Part shown: piece by piece, positions 1 to 9,278 of the stretch | Layout: every line of letters begins with the position of its first letter | Position numbering within the stretch: position 1 is the stretch's first letter | DNA from: Vulcanimicrobiaceae bacterium | GTDB lineage: Bacteria > Vulcanimicrobiota > Vulcanimicrobiia > Vulcanimicrobiales > Vulcanimicrobiaceae | Reading direction: 5' to 3' | NCBI GenBank assembly: GCA_046262595.1 | Contig: JBHEMM010000017.1 | Coordinates: 1-16,427, forward strand | DNA length: 16,427 bases | Translations under genes and position numbers: made by a program | The notes under the pieces: model-generated | Database searches by the model: none | Told to the model about the DNA's origin: nothing | Seen by the model: the letters and a program-made list of their open reading frames with translations, nothing else

Positions 1-792
1 GTCAACAACTTCCCCCGGCTGAACACCCGGCATGAAGGCCTCCCAATCCAGCACGTGCTGCCGCCGCTGCGGCTCGATCAGCCGGATGCCGTCGGCCATG
101 TAGATCACGGTCATAACTGCGCGGGCGTCGTCAGACCGGTTCGCACCCGTATGATGGAACGTCCAGCCGGAGTGAAAACTGACTTCGCCTGCGTCGTACG
201 GCTCGGTCACATCTTCGTATTCACCTGATGCCAGAGCGGCGCGCAAGCGGCGCTCGCTTTCATCGCCGATCTCCAAATCGCGCCCCGCGGTTAAGCGGTG
301 GCTGCCTCGGGCAAAGGCGAGCGGTCCCATCCTCAGCGGCGTCGCCTGCAGCGGCACCCATGCGGTGATCGTGCGATCGCTTGAAAGCGGCCAGTAAAAT
401 TGATCGGCGTGCCAAGGCGTGATGCCGCCGCCCGGTTCTTTATACAACGCCTGATCGTGGTACAAGCGCACGCGCGGCACCCCTAGCAACTGCGCTGCAA
501 TCGAAGCGAGCCGTTTGCCGAACACGAGTTCGCGCGCCGCATCGTTCGTGCGCCAAAGATTGGTCACTTGCAAGAACGCCTGGTGATACGTGTCACGTTC
601 CGGCAGCGGCGTCGTGACGGTGTTGCGGCGAAGAACTTCGCGAGCAAGCGAAGCGCCATACTGCGCCAGCACCTCTTCATCGAACACATGCTTGATTTTG
701 ACGAAGCCGTCGGTTTCATATGCCTGCACCAACGCCCGGTCGAGCGTTAGCGGCTCGTCAAGGCGCTTCCGGGCCGTCGTCTTGCCGCTCAT
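1..792 (-). CDS. Phytanoyl-CoA dioxygenase (PhyH)-family Fe(II)/2-oxoglutarate dioxygenase, 3' end beyond the window
   Basis: Not in the ORF track; translated by hand. ATG at 792-790 overlaps the upstream TGA (ATGA). Reads MSGKTTARKRLDEPL...AYETDGFVKIKHVF...VRLYHDQALYKEPGGGITPWHADQFYWP...ITAWVPL...GPLAFARGSH...GEVSFHSGWTFHHTGAN, giving the HxD...H facial triad. The frame stays open to position 1. Confidence 0.9.
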   Translation of the reverse strand, partial: MSGKTTARKRLDEPLTLDRALVQAYETDGFVKIKHVFDEEVLAQYGASLAREVLRRNTVTTPLPERDTYHQAFLQVTNLWRTNDAARELVFGKRLASIAAQLLGVPRVRLYHDQALYKEPGGGITPWHADQFYWPLSSDRTITAWVPLQATPLRMGPLAFARGSHRLTAGRDLEIGDESERRLRAALASGEYEDVTEPYDAGEVSFHSGWTFHHTGANRSDDARAVMTVIYMADGIRLIEPQRRQHVLDWEAFMPGVQPGEVVD

Positions 793-1811
793 TTTCCGGC
801 ATGAGAACGCATCCTCACGCGCGCGATCGCATCTCGGATTGCCGCGAGCACCAGCTGCGGCTGATCGAATTGGATGTAGTGCCCGCTGTGCGGCGCTTCG
901 ATGTACTTGGCATCGCTGGAGAGCGAAAGCCACGAACGGTGAACCGCCTGCCAGCGCAACTCCTCGTGGGCCGAGCTGCCGCGGTGATGCATCGCCACCA
1001 AAATGCGAACCGGAATCGAGCCGTAGTTGCGATGTTGGCCCATGAGCCCGCGCATGCCGGCCGTCGTGAAGTTGACGAACTCACCCGCCGAGGCAGCGTA
1101 CTGTTTCGGGCGCTGCGCTTCAGAGATGAGCGTCCGGTTCAACGCCGGCGAGAAATCGAGCGGGTCGGGCAATCCGCGGAAGAACTGGCCCGGGCAGGCG
1201 TGCACTTCTTTCGGGCGCGCCGTGCGAAAGTGGCGCTGCGCCAATACCATGCAATGCTGCAGCTCGCTTTGCGCCTTTGCGATCTCCACGTCATTCTCGC
1301 GCTGCTCCTTGGGCGTCATCAAGCGCACTTCGTCGTCGGCGGACGCGTCGTCGAGCACCAAGCCGGCAACGTCTGCGAGATACCTGTCGGCATAATGCCG
1401 CACGTTGATGCCGCCAAACGAATGCCCGACTAAGATGTACGGGCCGCGCTCCCCGCTATTGTGCAGCAGCGCGTGCAGCTCGCTGACGATGCGGGCCGTC
1501 GTGCGCGGCATCGGTCCCGGATCCGATAAGCCGTTGCCGGCGCGATCGTACGTGCACGTGCGCGTCGTTCGCGCAATTGCCGGCTGAATGGTGACCCATG
1601 CCGGCGCCCAGTCTTCGAGACCGGAATCGAAGACGACCGTTGGCGCGCCGCGTCCGATGCAATACATATTCAAGCGGTAGCCGCCGACGTCGACCATCCG
1701 TCCGGCATGCAAATACAATGCGCTGCTTGCAATGTTGACGTTGTTGGGTGAAGCAGCCGCCGTGGTAAGCGTCCCGGCAAGCAGAGCGAAAGCGAGAAGC
1801 AAACGCAACAT
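789..1811 (-). CDS. Secreted alpha/beta-fold hydrolase
   Basis: Signal-peptide-like N-terminus (MLRLLLAFALLAGTLTTAAA), TYDRAGxG motif, nucleophile elbow GHSFGG, C-terminal SGHYIQ histidine. Confidence 0.9.
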   Translation of the reverse strand: MLRLLLAFALLAGTLTTAAASPNNVNIASSALYLHAGRMVDVGGYRLNMYCIGRGAPTVVFDSGLEDWAPAWVTIQPAIARTTRTCTYDRAGNGLSDPGPMPRTTARIVSELHALLHNSGERGPYILVGHSFGGINVRHYADRYLADVAGLVLDDASADDEVRLMTPKEQRENDVEIAKAQSELQHCMVLAQRHFRTARPKEVHACPGQFFRGLPDPLDFSPALNRTLISEAQRPKQYAASAGEFVNFTTAGMRGLMGQHRNYGSIPVRILVAMHHRGSSAHEELRWQAVHRSWLSLSSDAKYIEAPHSGHYIQFDQPQLVLAAIRDAIARVRMRSHAGK

Positions 1812-1821
1812 CAGCGCCGCT

Positions 1822-2313
1822 TTACTGCGTTCCGAGTCCGTTGCCGGAAGGCGCTTGCGGCGCGATGATCGTGTGCGTGATCTGCGCGTTCGCGGGCGAC
1901 GACGCCGTTACGATGGCCGTCATCAGCTTCGTTCCCTTCGCACTCGTTATGGAAAGCATGCCCGTGCCGTTCTTTTTGATCTTCGTCCAACGAATCGCGA
2001 TGTTGTTCGCATGACCGCGCATTTTTGATGTGATGTCGACGGATTTGTTGGGCCATTGAACGGTCGTAATCGGCGTGCCGTTCGCCCAGACTTCGAACTG
2101 CACGCCGTTAAGCGCGTACGTGCGCGCGAAAAACTTCGACCCCGGCCCGGACGTGAGCGCTTGATCGGGCGCGGCGGTCGAGTTGGCTTGCGCCATCGTC
2201 GTTCCGGAGGGCGCCGGCGTTTGTGCCGCGGTGGAACCGCCGGTATTGCTGCACGCCGCCAATGCGGCGAGCGCGCACAACGTCAATGCGCGAAAAATGA
2301 ACGATCGTTGCAT
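1822..2313 (-). CDS. Hypothetical lipoprotein
   Basis: Start reassigned to the ATG at 2313, which has a purine-rich GGAAAGAG upstream. Signal peptide with lipobox LAAC, then a Thr/Ala/Pro/Ser linker and a beta-rich basic domain. Confidence 0.75.
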   Translation of the reverse strand: MQRSFIFRALTLCALAALAACSNTGGSTAAQTPAPSGTTMAQANSTAAPDQALTSGPGSKFFARTYALNGVQFEVWANGTPITTVQWPNKSVDITSKMRGHANNIAIRWTKIKKNGTGMLSITSAKGTKLMTAIVTASSPANAQITHTIIAPQAPSGNGLGTQ

Positions 2314-2353
2314 GCTTGCACTCTTTCCGCCCGGCACCGGGACTAAACGCGTG

Positions 2354-4197
<1,844 letters not shown>

Positions 4198-4247
4198 AAC
4201 GCGGCTTGAGGTACGCGCCGGGGGCAAGCGAGGCCTGCACCGCGAAA

Positions 4248-5003
4248 ATGCCGCGCGTGAAGCGCTTCAATCGCATCGTGCGCGTACCGGTCACGGGCAG
4301 CACCAACGATGACGTCGCCAAGATCTTGGGCGAAGAGCAGGCGCGCGGCCTGGCGCTCGTGGCCGGCTATCAGGAACGCGGTTCGGGGCGGCGCGGGCGC
4401 GCATGGATTGCGCCGCCCGGTACGGCGCTGACGTGCACGCTGGCGCTGCCGGATCCGCTTCATGCGAGCGCGCTGTGGAGCGTGCCGTTCTGGGCAGCGC
4501 TCGTGACACGCCGCGCGCTGCTCGAAGCGGGCATCGAGCCTGCACTCCAGTGGCCCAACGACGTGCTCGACGCGCAGGGGCGAAAGCTCGGCGGCATTCT
4601 GTGCATTTCGCGCACAGCGGGCGAGTATGCGTGGGCGGCGTGCGGCATCGGCATCAACGTGGTGCGGCCGGCTGATGAAACGGCATACAGCGGCTTGGAA
4701 TCACCGCCGGCGTTCCTGAACGACGATGTCGAGGACATTTCGATCGATACGATGCTGGCAGCGCTCGTGCAAGCGGCGAACGAACTGTACGGCTTATTGG
4801 AACAGCCCACGCAACTGACGCATCAATGGGAGCGCGCGGCGCGCATCCCCGGAACGCGCTACCGCATTCTACCGGATAACGAAACGCAGCCCTATGAAGC
4901 GGCTGCGCTGCGTTTGCTGTCCGATGGGTCGCTGCTGGTCGATCGCGGCGGCGCCCAGATTCCGGTGACGATGGCCGATGTGCGGGTCTTGCGCGCTACT
5001 TAA
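4248..5003 (+). CDS. birA: Biotin--[acetyl-CoA carboxylase] ligase, group I (no N-terminal HTH)
   Basis: Motifs GSTND, QxxGxGRRGRAW, WPND, RKLGGIL, GIGINV. Start is uncertain: ATG 4248, GTG 4257 or TTG 4206. Confidence 0.93.
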   Translation: MPRVKRFNRIVRVPVTGSTNDDVAKILGEEQARGLALVAGYQERGSGRRGRAWIAPPGTALTCTLALPDPLHASALWSVPFWAALVTRRALLEAGIEPALQWPNDVLDAQGRKLGGILCISRTAGEYAWAACGIGINVVRPADETAYSGLESPPAFLNDDVEDISIDTMLAALVQAANELYGLLEQPTQLTHQWERAARIPGTRYRILPDNETQPYEAAALRLLSDGSLLVDRGGAQIPVTMADVRVLRAT

Positions 5004-5211
5004 CGACGCCGCCTAAGGAGATGTTCGCGGTCTTAAGCGCGGTAACGGCCGTGGCTTCGACACCGCCCTCGATGCTCAAGCACAAATTAGACGCCGTATT
5101 CACCGCCGCCGGTTTCGGAATCATCTTCGCGGTCACGCCGGCGTCTTTGAGCGCTTTCGTAGCGATCATCGTATCGGCGTTACTCGAGAAGAACAGAATG
5201 ACGTCAGCCAC
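4996..5211 (-). CDS. Small DUF3343-like protein
   Basis: 71 aa with the pattern F.S....M...K.LK..G....IPxP......LCL, recognised by eye. GAGGT SD upstream; 9 bp after the preceding stop. Overlaps the birA 3' end convergently by 8 bp. Confidence 0.7.
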   Translation of the reverse strand: MADVILFFSSNADTMIATKALKDAGVTAKMIPKPAAVNTASNLCLSIEGGVEATAVTALKTANISLGGVVK

Positions 5212-5220
5212 ATGCCACCT

Positions 5221-6552
5221 CTACTTCGTGGGCGCGCCGTGTACCAAGGTGTCCAATCCGGAAGCCACGTCTTTCAATTCGGCTACGCGCGCAACGGCTT
5301 GCTGAAGGCGGCTGCTCATCTCTTGCGAGAGCGTGTCGATGACGATCATGTCGCCCTGCAGCTCTTCGTTGACGGCTTTGAGCTCGGCGATCTTCGGCGA
5401 CGCGCCCACGCCCAATTCGCCGATGAGTTGACCGGCGCGTTCGACCGCCGACTTCGTCGCCGCCACGTGATCGCCGGAAACTTCGCCGCCGACGATGGCG
5501 ACGCCCAGTTCCGTCGCCGCCGCGCTGACCTGTTCGCTGCGCGCCGCAATGGCGTTCGAGAGACGCTGCACGACGGGGATAGCGATAATGAGTGCAAGCG
5601 CCATAGCGAGCAGGCCCCACAGAACGAACGTTTCCGTCATGTGATTGATGATCGTGGTGATCTGCGCCATCGGCATGCCGTACCACAGCGCGCCGATGAC
5701 CGTATTTTGATCGTCGCGAATGGGGCTCAGACGCGCCAGATACTCCGTGCCGCCTTCGGTGTCGGAGCCGACAAACGCCGTGCCGCTCGAGAGATTTTGC
5801 GAGGTGTATGCGCCGACTTGCGCATCGATGTGACGCGTCTGGTCGGCTTCGTTGATGGTGCTTGCGATGATGGTGTCGCCGTCCAACACAGCCGTTGATC
5901 CGCCCAGCGCCTGCGAGCTCTGGTCCACCAAGTCGTAGTAGTGGTTCATCAGCACGCCGCCGTAAATCGCGCCCAGGGTCCGTTCACCCGCATCGCTCAT
6001 CGGCGCGGCAGCGATAATCGCCAGGCCGTTGTGCACCATCTCCACCGTTTTCTTAGCGGCGTCCTTCACGTCGGTGTCGACTTGCGCGGCCAAACCCTCG
6101 CCCGCCAGTTCGCTCGAGGGAATCAGCGCCGACGTGCTCACCGTTTCGCCTTGAAGCGCGCGCTGCACGTATTTGTTGCTGCCGAGCGACGCACCGGCGG
6201 CGCCGCCGTTACCGCGCGCAATCACTCTACCGTTGACATCGACGATTGTCAGGAACGAAAGCCCCGACGTACGCGCGATGTTCGAGAGCTGGTCCTGCAG
6301 CGCCGGCCCGTTTTTGGACTGAAGATTCTTGCGCAGCGCCTCCGAGACGGCATCTTGAGCGATGAGCAGGCGGACCTGATCCTTGCGCGAGTCCCAATAG
6401 CCGTTGAAAGCACTCGAGCCGCTGCTGACCTGAGATTTTCCCATGTCCGTCAAATCGCTGGTAAGCGTGATTCGCGCCGCGACGACGCTGATCAAGAAGA
6501 AAAGAATGATGGCACCGACGATGGTGCCGAGCAACCGGACGCGCAGGCTCAT
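5221..6552 (-). CDS. Two-TM membrane protein with a large extracytoplasmic Cache-type sensor region and a short coiled-coil tail
   Basis: TM1 at about aa 7-27 and TM2 at about aa 309-328. Cache-like segments LSFLTIVDVNGRVIAR, VQRALQG, AAAPM..GAIYGG, PIRD..N.VIGALWYG. No kinase, GGDEF or MCP tip motif. ATGA overlap with the MCP stop. Confidence 0.8.
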   Translation of the reverse strand: MSLRVRLLGTIVGAIILFFLISVVAARITLTSDLTDMGKSQVSSGSSAFNGYWDSRKDQVRLLIAQDAVSEALRKNLQSKNGPALQDQLSNIARTSGLSFLTIVDVNGRVIARGNGGAAGASLGSNKYVQRALQGETVSTSALIPSSELAGEGLAAQVDTDVKDAAKKTVEMVHNGLAIIAAAPMSDAGERTLGAIYGGVLMNHYYDLVDQSSQALGGSTAVLDGDTIIASTINEADQTRHIDAQVGAYTSQNLSSGTAFVGSDTEGGTEYLARLSPIRDDQNTVIGALWYGMPMAQITTIINHMTETFVLWGLLAMALALIIAIPVVQRLSNAIAARSEQVSAAATELGVAIVGGEVSGDHVAATKSAVERAGQLIGELGVGASPKIAELKAVNEELQGDMIVIDTLSQEMSSRLQQAVARVAELKDVASGLDTLVHGAPTK

Positions 6553-8216
6553 ACCGTTTCCCTTTCAGACTCGGTTTCGTTCACTTTGAATTGCGCCAGG
6601 CGGCTGTCGATACGGCCGGCGTATTCGTTCATTTGATTGACCGATCCGAGCATGCGCTGCGCGGCGTCGGTGACTTCTTTGTTGACGTAGGTGAGCACTT
6701 CGACCGACGAAGCGTTCTGCTGCGAGATCTCCGCGATGTTGCGGAACGCCGCATTGACCTCATCCGAGTGCGTGGACATCTGCTGCGTCGCTTCGACGTT
6801 CAGCTGGACGGAGCGCGTGATCTCGCCGATCGAGCGGATCACTTGGTACGAATTACTGCTCATCGCGCGCGCGACCGACGAAATTTCGGCAATCTGCTGA
6901 TTCGCTCCAAACACCGCTTCCACGATGGAGCGCAGTGCGCCGGACGCGGAATTCGTACTGTTGACGCCTTCTTCCACGCGTTCGGTCAGGCGTTCCATGG
7001 CCGCAACCACTTCATTGATCACGTTCTGCGTGGACATGATGTGGCCGGCAATCTCTTTGGTGGCCTGCACGCTGCCGTCCGCGAGTTTGCGGATTTCCGT
7101 GGCAACGACCGCAAAACCGCGGCCGTGTTCGCCGGCGCGCGCGGCTTCGATCGCGGCGTTGAGCGCGAGCAGATTTGTCTGCTCCGCGATGCGGTCGATC
7201 ACTTTGACGATGTCGCCGATTTGATCGGAGTTGCTGCCGAGCTGTGCGATATCGCCCGCGAGTTCGGTGATCGTCGTGCGGATCGTGTCCATGCCTTCCA
7301 CGATCGTGTGGATGGCGGAGTCGCCGCGTTCGGCCGTTTGCGAGGTTTCCGTCGAAATGGAAGAAAGCGAATCCACCTGCGCCGTCACCTGCTCGATCGA
7401 CGTTGCCATATTCGTGACTGCGAGAGAAGTCTCGTCTAGACTGCGCGTCTGCTCTTCGGCGGCGGCGGCGATGGCATCGATCGTTTCGGTCAGCTGCGCC
7501 ACTTTGTGCGTTGCGTTCTCGACGATGCGCGACTGCTCGTTGATGCCGTCGTCGAGCTGGCCTTGCGCGACGGCAGCGCCTTCGATCACCGCGAGCGCCG
7601 TGGAGGCCGTGGTTGAGAGCTCGCCGCCCGCGGAATCGAGCTGTCCCGCATTTTGATGCAAGTTTCCAAGAAACTCACGCATCCCGAAGATCAGCTTGTT
7701 GAGCGCGATCGCGAGCTCCGAGAGTGCGTTGTCGGAGGTCGCCAAATTTTTCGTGAAGTCGCCTTGCGAGACTTCGCGGATTCCGGAGGCGAGGGCGGAG
7801 ATGGAGCCTTGGAGCCCCTCGGCGCGCGGCAGGGCCACCCGTCCGCCTCCGAAGAGCGCCGGAAATTGGCGGCCGAGGTCGGCCTCGGCCGGCGCCGCCT
7901 CCCCTGCGAACAAGATACTGACCGCGGCTCCGAGGCCCCCCAGCAGAATTCCGGTGCCCGCTGCGCCGTGAAGATGCTGATGCGAGCGGACGCCATAGTC
8001 GATTCCGCCGGCAGCAAGCGCCAGAACCGCGCCCGCCGGAAAGCCCGCCAGCGCCGCCGTGAGCGTCACGAGAGCCAGCAGAACGAGTTCGAAGGCCGGC
8101 AAACGCGCGCCATACCACGCCAGGACGAAGCACAAAACCGCCGCGGCGAGCGCGAGTGCGATGCGGGGTGCGATGCCCAGACCGCAACGCCAGGCGGCCA
8201 GTCGAGTTTGGATCAA
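6549..8216 (-). CDS. Methyl-accepting chemotaxis protein
   Basis: Signalling tip IAEQTNLLALNAAIEAARAGEHGRGFAVVATEIRKLA. HAMP-like segment at about aa 137-183. Hydrophobic N-terminus with 3-4 TM helices. TTG start with GAGGT SD. Confidence 0.95.
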   Translation of the reverse strand: MIQTRLAAWRCGLGIAPRIALALAAAVLCFVLAWYGARLPAFELVLLALVTLTAALAGFPAGAVLALAAGGIDYGVRSHQHLHGAAGTGILLGGLGAAVSILFAGEAAPAEADLGRQFPALFGGGRVALPRAEGLQGSISALASGIREVSQGDFTKNLATSDNALSELAIALNKLIFGMREFLGNLHQNAGQLDSAGGELSTTASTALAVIEGAAVAQGQLDDGINEQSRIVENATHKVAQLTETIDAIAAAAEEQTRSLDETSLAVTNMATSIEQVTAQVDSLSSISTETSQTAERGDSAIHTIVEGMDTIRTTITELAGDIAQLGSNSDQIGDIVKVIDRIAEQTNLLALNAAIEAARAGEHGRGFAVVATEIRKLADGSVQATKEIAGHIMSTQNVINEVVAAMERLTERVEEGVNSTNSASGALRSIVEAVFGANQQIAEISSVARAMSSNSYQVIRSIGEITRSVQLNVEATQQMSTHSDEVNAAFRNIAEISQQNASSVEVLTYVNKEVTDAAQRMLGSVNQMNEYAGRIDSRLAQFKVNETESERETV

Positions 8217-8261
8217 ACGAATACCTCAGAGCCCGCCGCTAAAGGCGGTGGCCATACCAAG

Positions 8262-8282
8262 TCTTACGGTAAAACCTTAAGA
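8262..8282. promoter_or_regulatory. Imperfect inverted repeat (candidate operator) in an AT-rich leader upstream of the MCP operon
   Basis: TCTTACGGT-AAA-ACCTTAAGA: 9-bp arms with an 8/9 match, in a conspicuously AT-rich intergenic stretch. Confidence 0.5.
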
Positions 8283-8336
8283 ATATTTTAGTCGTAGCCG
8301 CCGCAGGCTTGAACGCTTCCCCAGTAAGCGTGCAGA

Positions 8337-8870
8337 CTAGTTCCGGGCCCGGCTCCGTTTGTCGCAGACGTCGCAGAAATGCGGCATCTTGTTGTCGGTT
8401 TCGAAGATCGAGTTGGAATAATACATCGCGCAGCGCCCGTTATAGCAATGCTTCAAGCCGCCGGCGTGGCCCAGTTCATGGACCGCTTCTTTGAGCGTAC
8501 GCTGAAAAAGCGTATTCGCGTCGGGGTCCTCGCCGTAAAATTCGCTGCGCAAACGGTGCAGCGAGACGACCGCCACGCGACGCTGTTCGTCGGCATCGCC
8601 GAAGATGTAGCGATGCGAGGTCTTGTAGAGATCGAAGCCGGTAACCGCTAAGAGAAATCCCTCGCCGTCGGGGTACGTGCGCAGCAGCCTCGCCGTCAGC
8701 GTCGCCAAAAACAGCTGGCCGCGCGTACTGTTCACCGCGCTTTGCGGAAGCGCCAGCGCGCGTTCGACACGCGCCCGGTAGAGAAAGCGCTCTTCCAAGC
8801 ACAAGCCGAGGCGTGAAAGAAATCCGGGATCGATCGCATTGACCGGAACGATGCGTAAAAGCGTGTCCAT
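8337..8870 (-). CDS. Archaemetzincin-family zinc metalloprotease (peptidase M54)
   Basis: HELGHAGGLKHC...RCAMYYSNS..ETDNK...FCDVC gives HExxHxxGxxH plus the Cys4 zinc site and Met-turn. Start placed at the ATG at 8870 (MDTLLRIVPV); the longer ORF call would overlap acpS. Confidence 0.92.
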   Translation of the reverse strand: MDTLLRIVPVNAIDPGFLSRLGLCLEERFLYRARVERALALPQSAVNSTRGQLFLATLTARLLRTYPDGEGFLLAVTGFDLYKTSHRYIFGDADEQRRVAVVSLHRLRSEFYGEDPDANTLFQRTLKEAVHELGHAGGLKHCYNGRCAMYYSNSIFETDNKMPHFCDVCDKRSRARN

Positions 8871-8912
8871 CCTCGGGTGGTGTTTTTCGACACCGGACCG
8901 AAGCTGCCCCGC

Positions 8913-9278
8913 ATGGTGATCGGAATGGGCATCGATCTTGCCGAGGTGGCGCGATACAACTTCGACGCGGCGCAGCGCGAATGGTTCGCGCGCAAGATCT
9001 ATACTGCCGAAGAGTTCGCCTACGCAATGCGCAAGCGTAACTGGCCCGAACGCTTGGCGGGCTTTTATGCGGCCAAAGAAGCGACGCGCAAAGCGTTCGG
9101 ACATGCAATCCCCTGGCGCGAGATCGGCATCACGCACGAACGCAGCGGCAAACCCGCGATTTTGCTCTGCGGAAAGGCTGCGGACCTGACCCAGCGCCGC
9201 GGTGTGACCGCCATCCATCTGACGATAACACACACCGTGAATATGGCGGCGGCCGTAGTGATATTGGAAGGCGCATGA
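8913..9278 (+). CDS. acpS: Holo-[acyl-carrier-protein] synthase
   Basis: MVIGMGIDL, LAGFYAAKEATRKAFG, SGKP, HLTITH motifs. ATGA-coupled to nnr, a common gene pair. Confidence 0.95.
   Translation: MVIGMGIDLAEVARYNFDAAQREWFARKIYTAEEFAYAMRKRNWPERLAGFYAAKEATRKAFGHAIPWREIGITHERSGKPAILLCGKAADLTQRRGVTAIHLTITHTVNMAAAVVILEGA

Noticed and set aside
6540..6560. Frameshifted single chemoreceptor gene (pseudogene)
   Set aside because: The domain order is reversed relative to a normal MCP, each ORF has its own TM anchor, and the junction is a clean ATGA coupling with GAAAGGGA upstream.
8217..8336. c-di-GMP riboswitch upstream of the MCP
   Set aside because: The GGTAAAACC and GCTAAA-like words are on the wrong strand, and the two-stem architecture is not present.
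8871..9233. N-terminal extension of the archaemetzincin (298-aa ORF call)
   Set aside because: It is the antisense of acpS; protease-like sequence starts at the Met at 8870.
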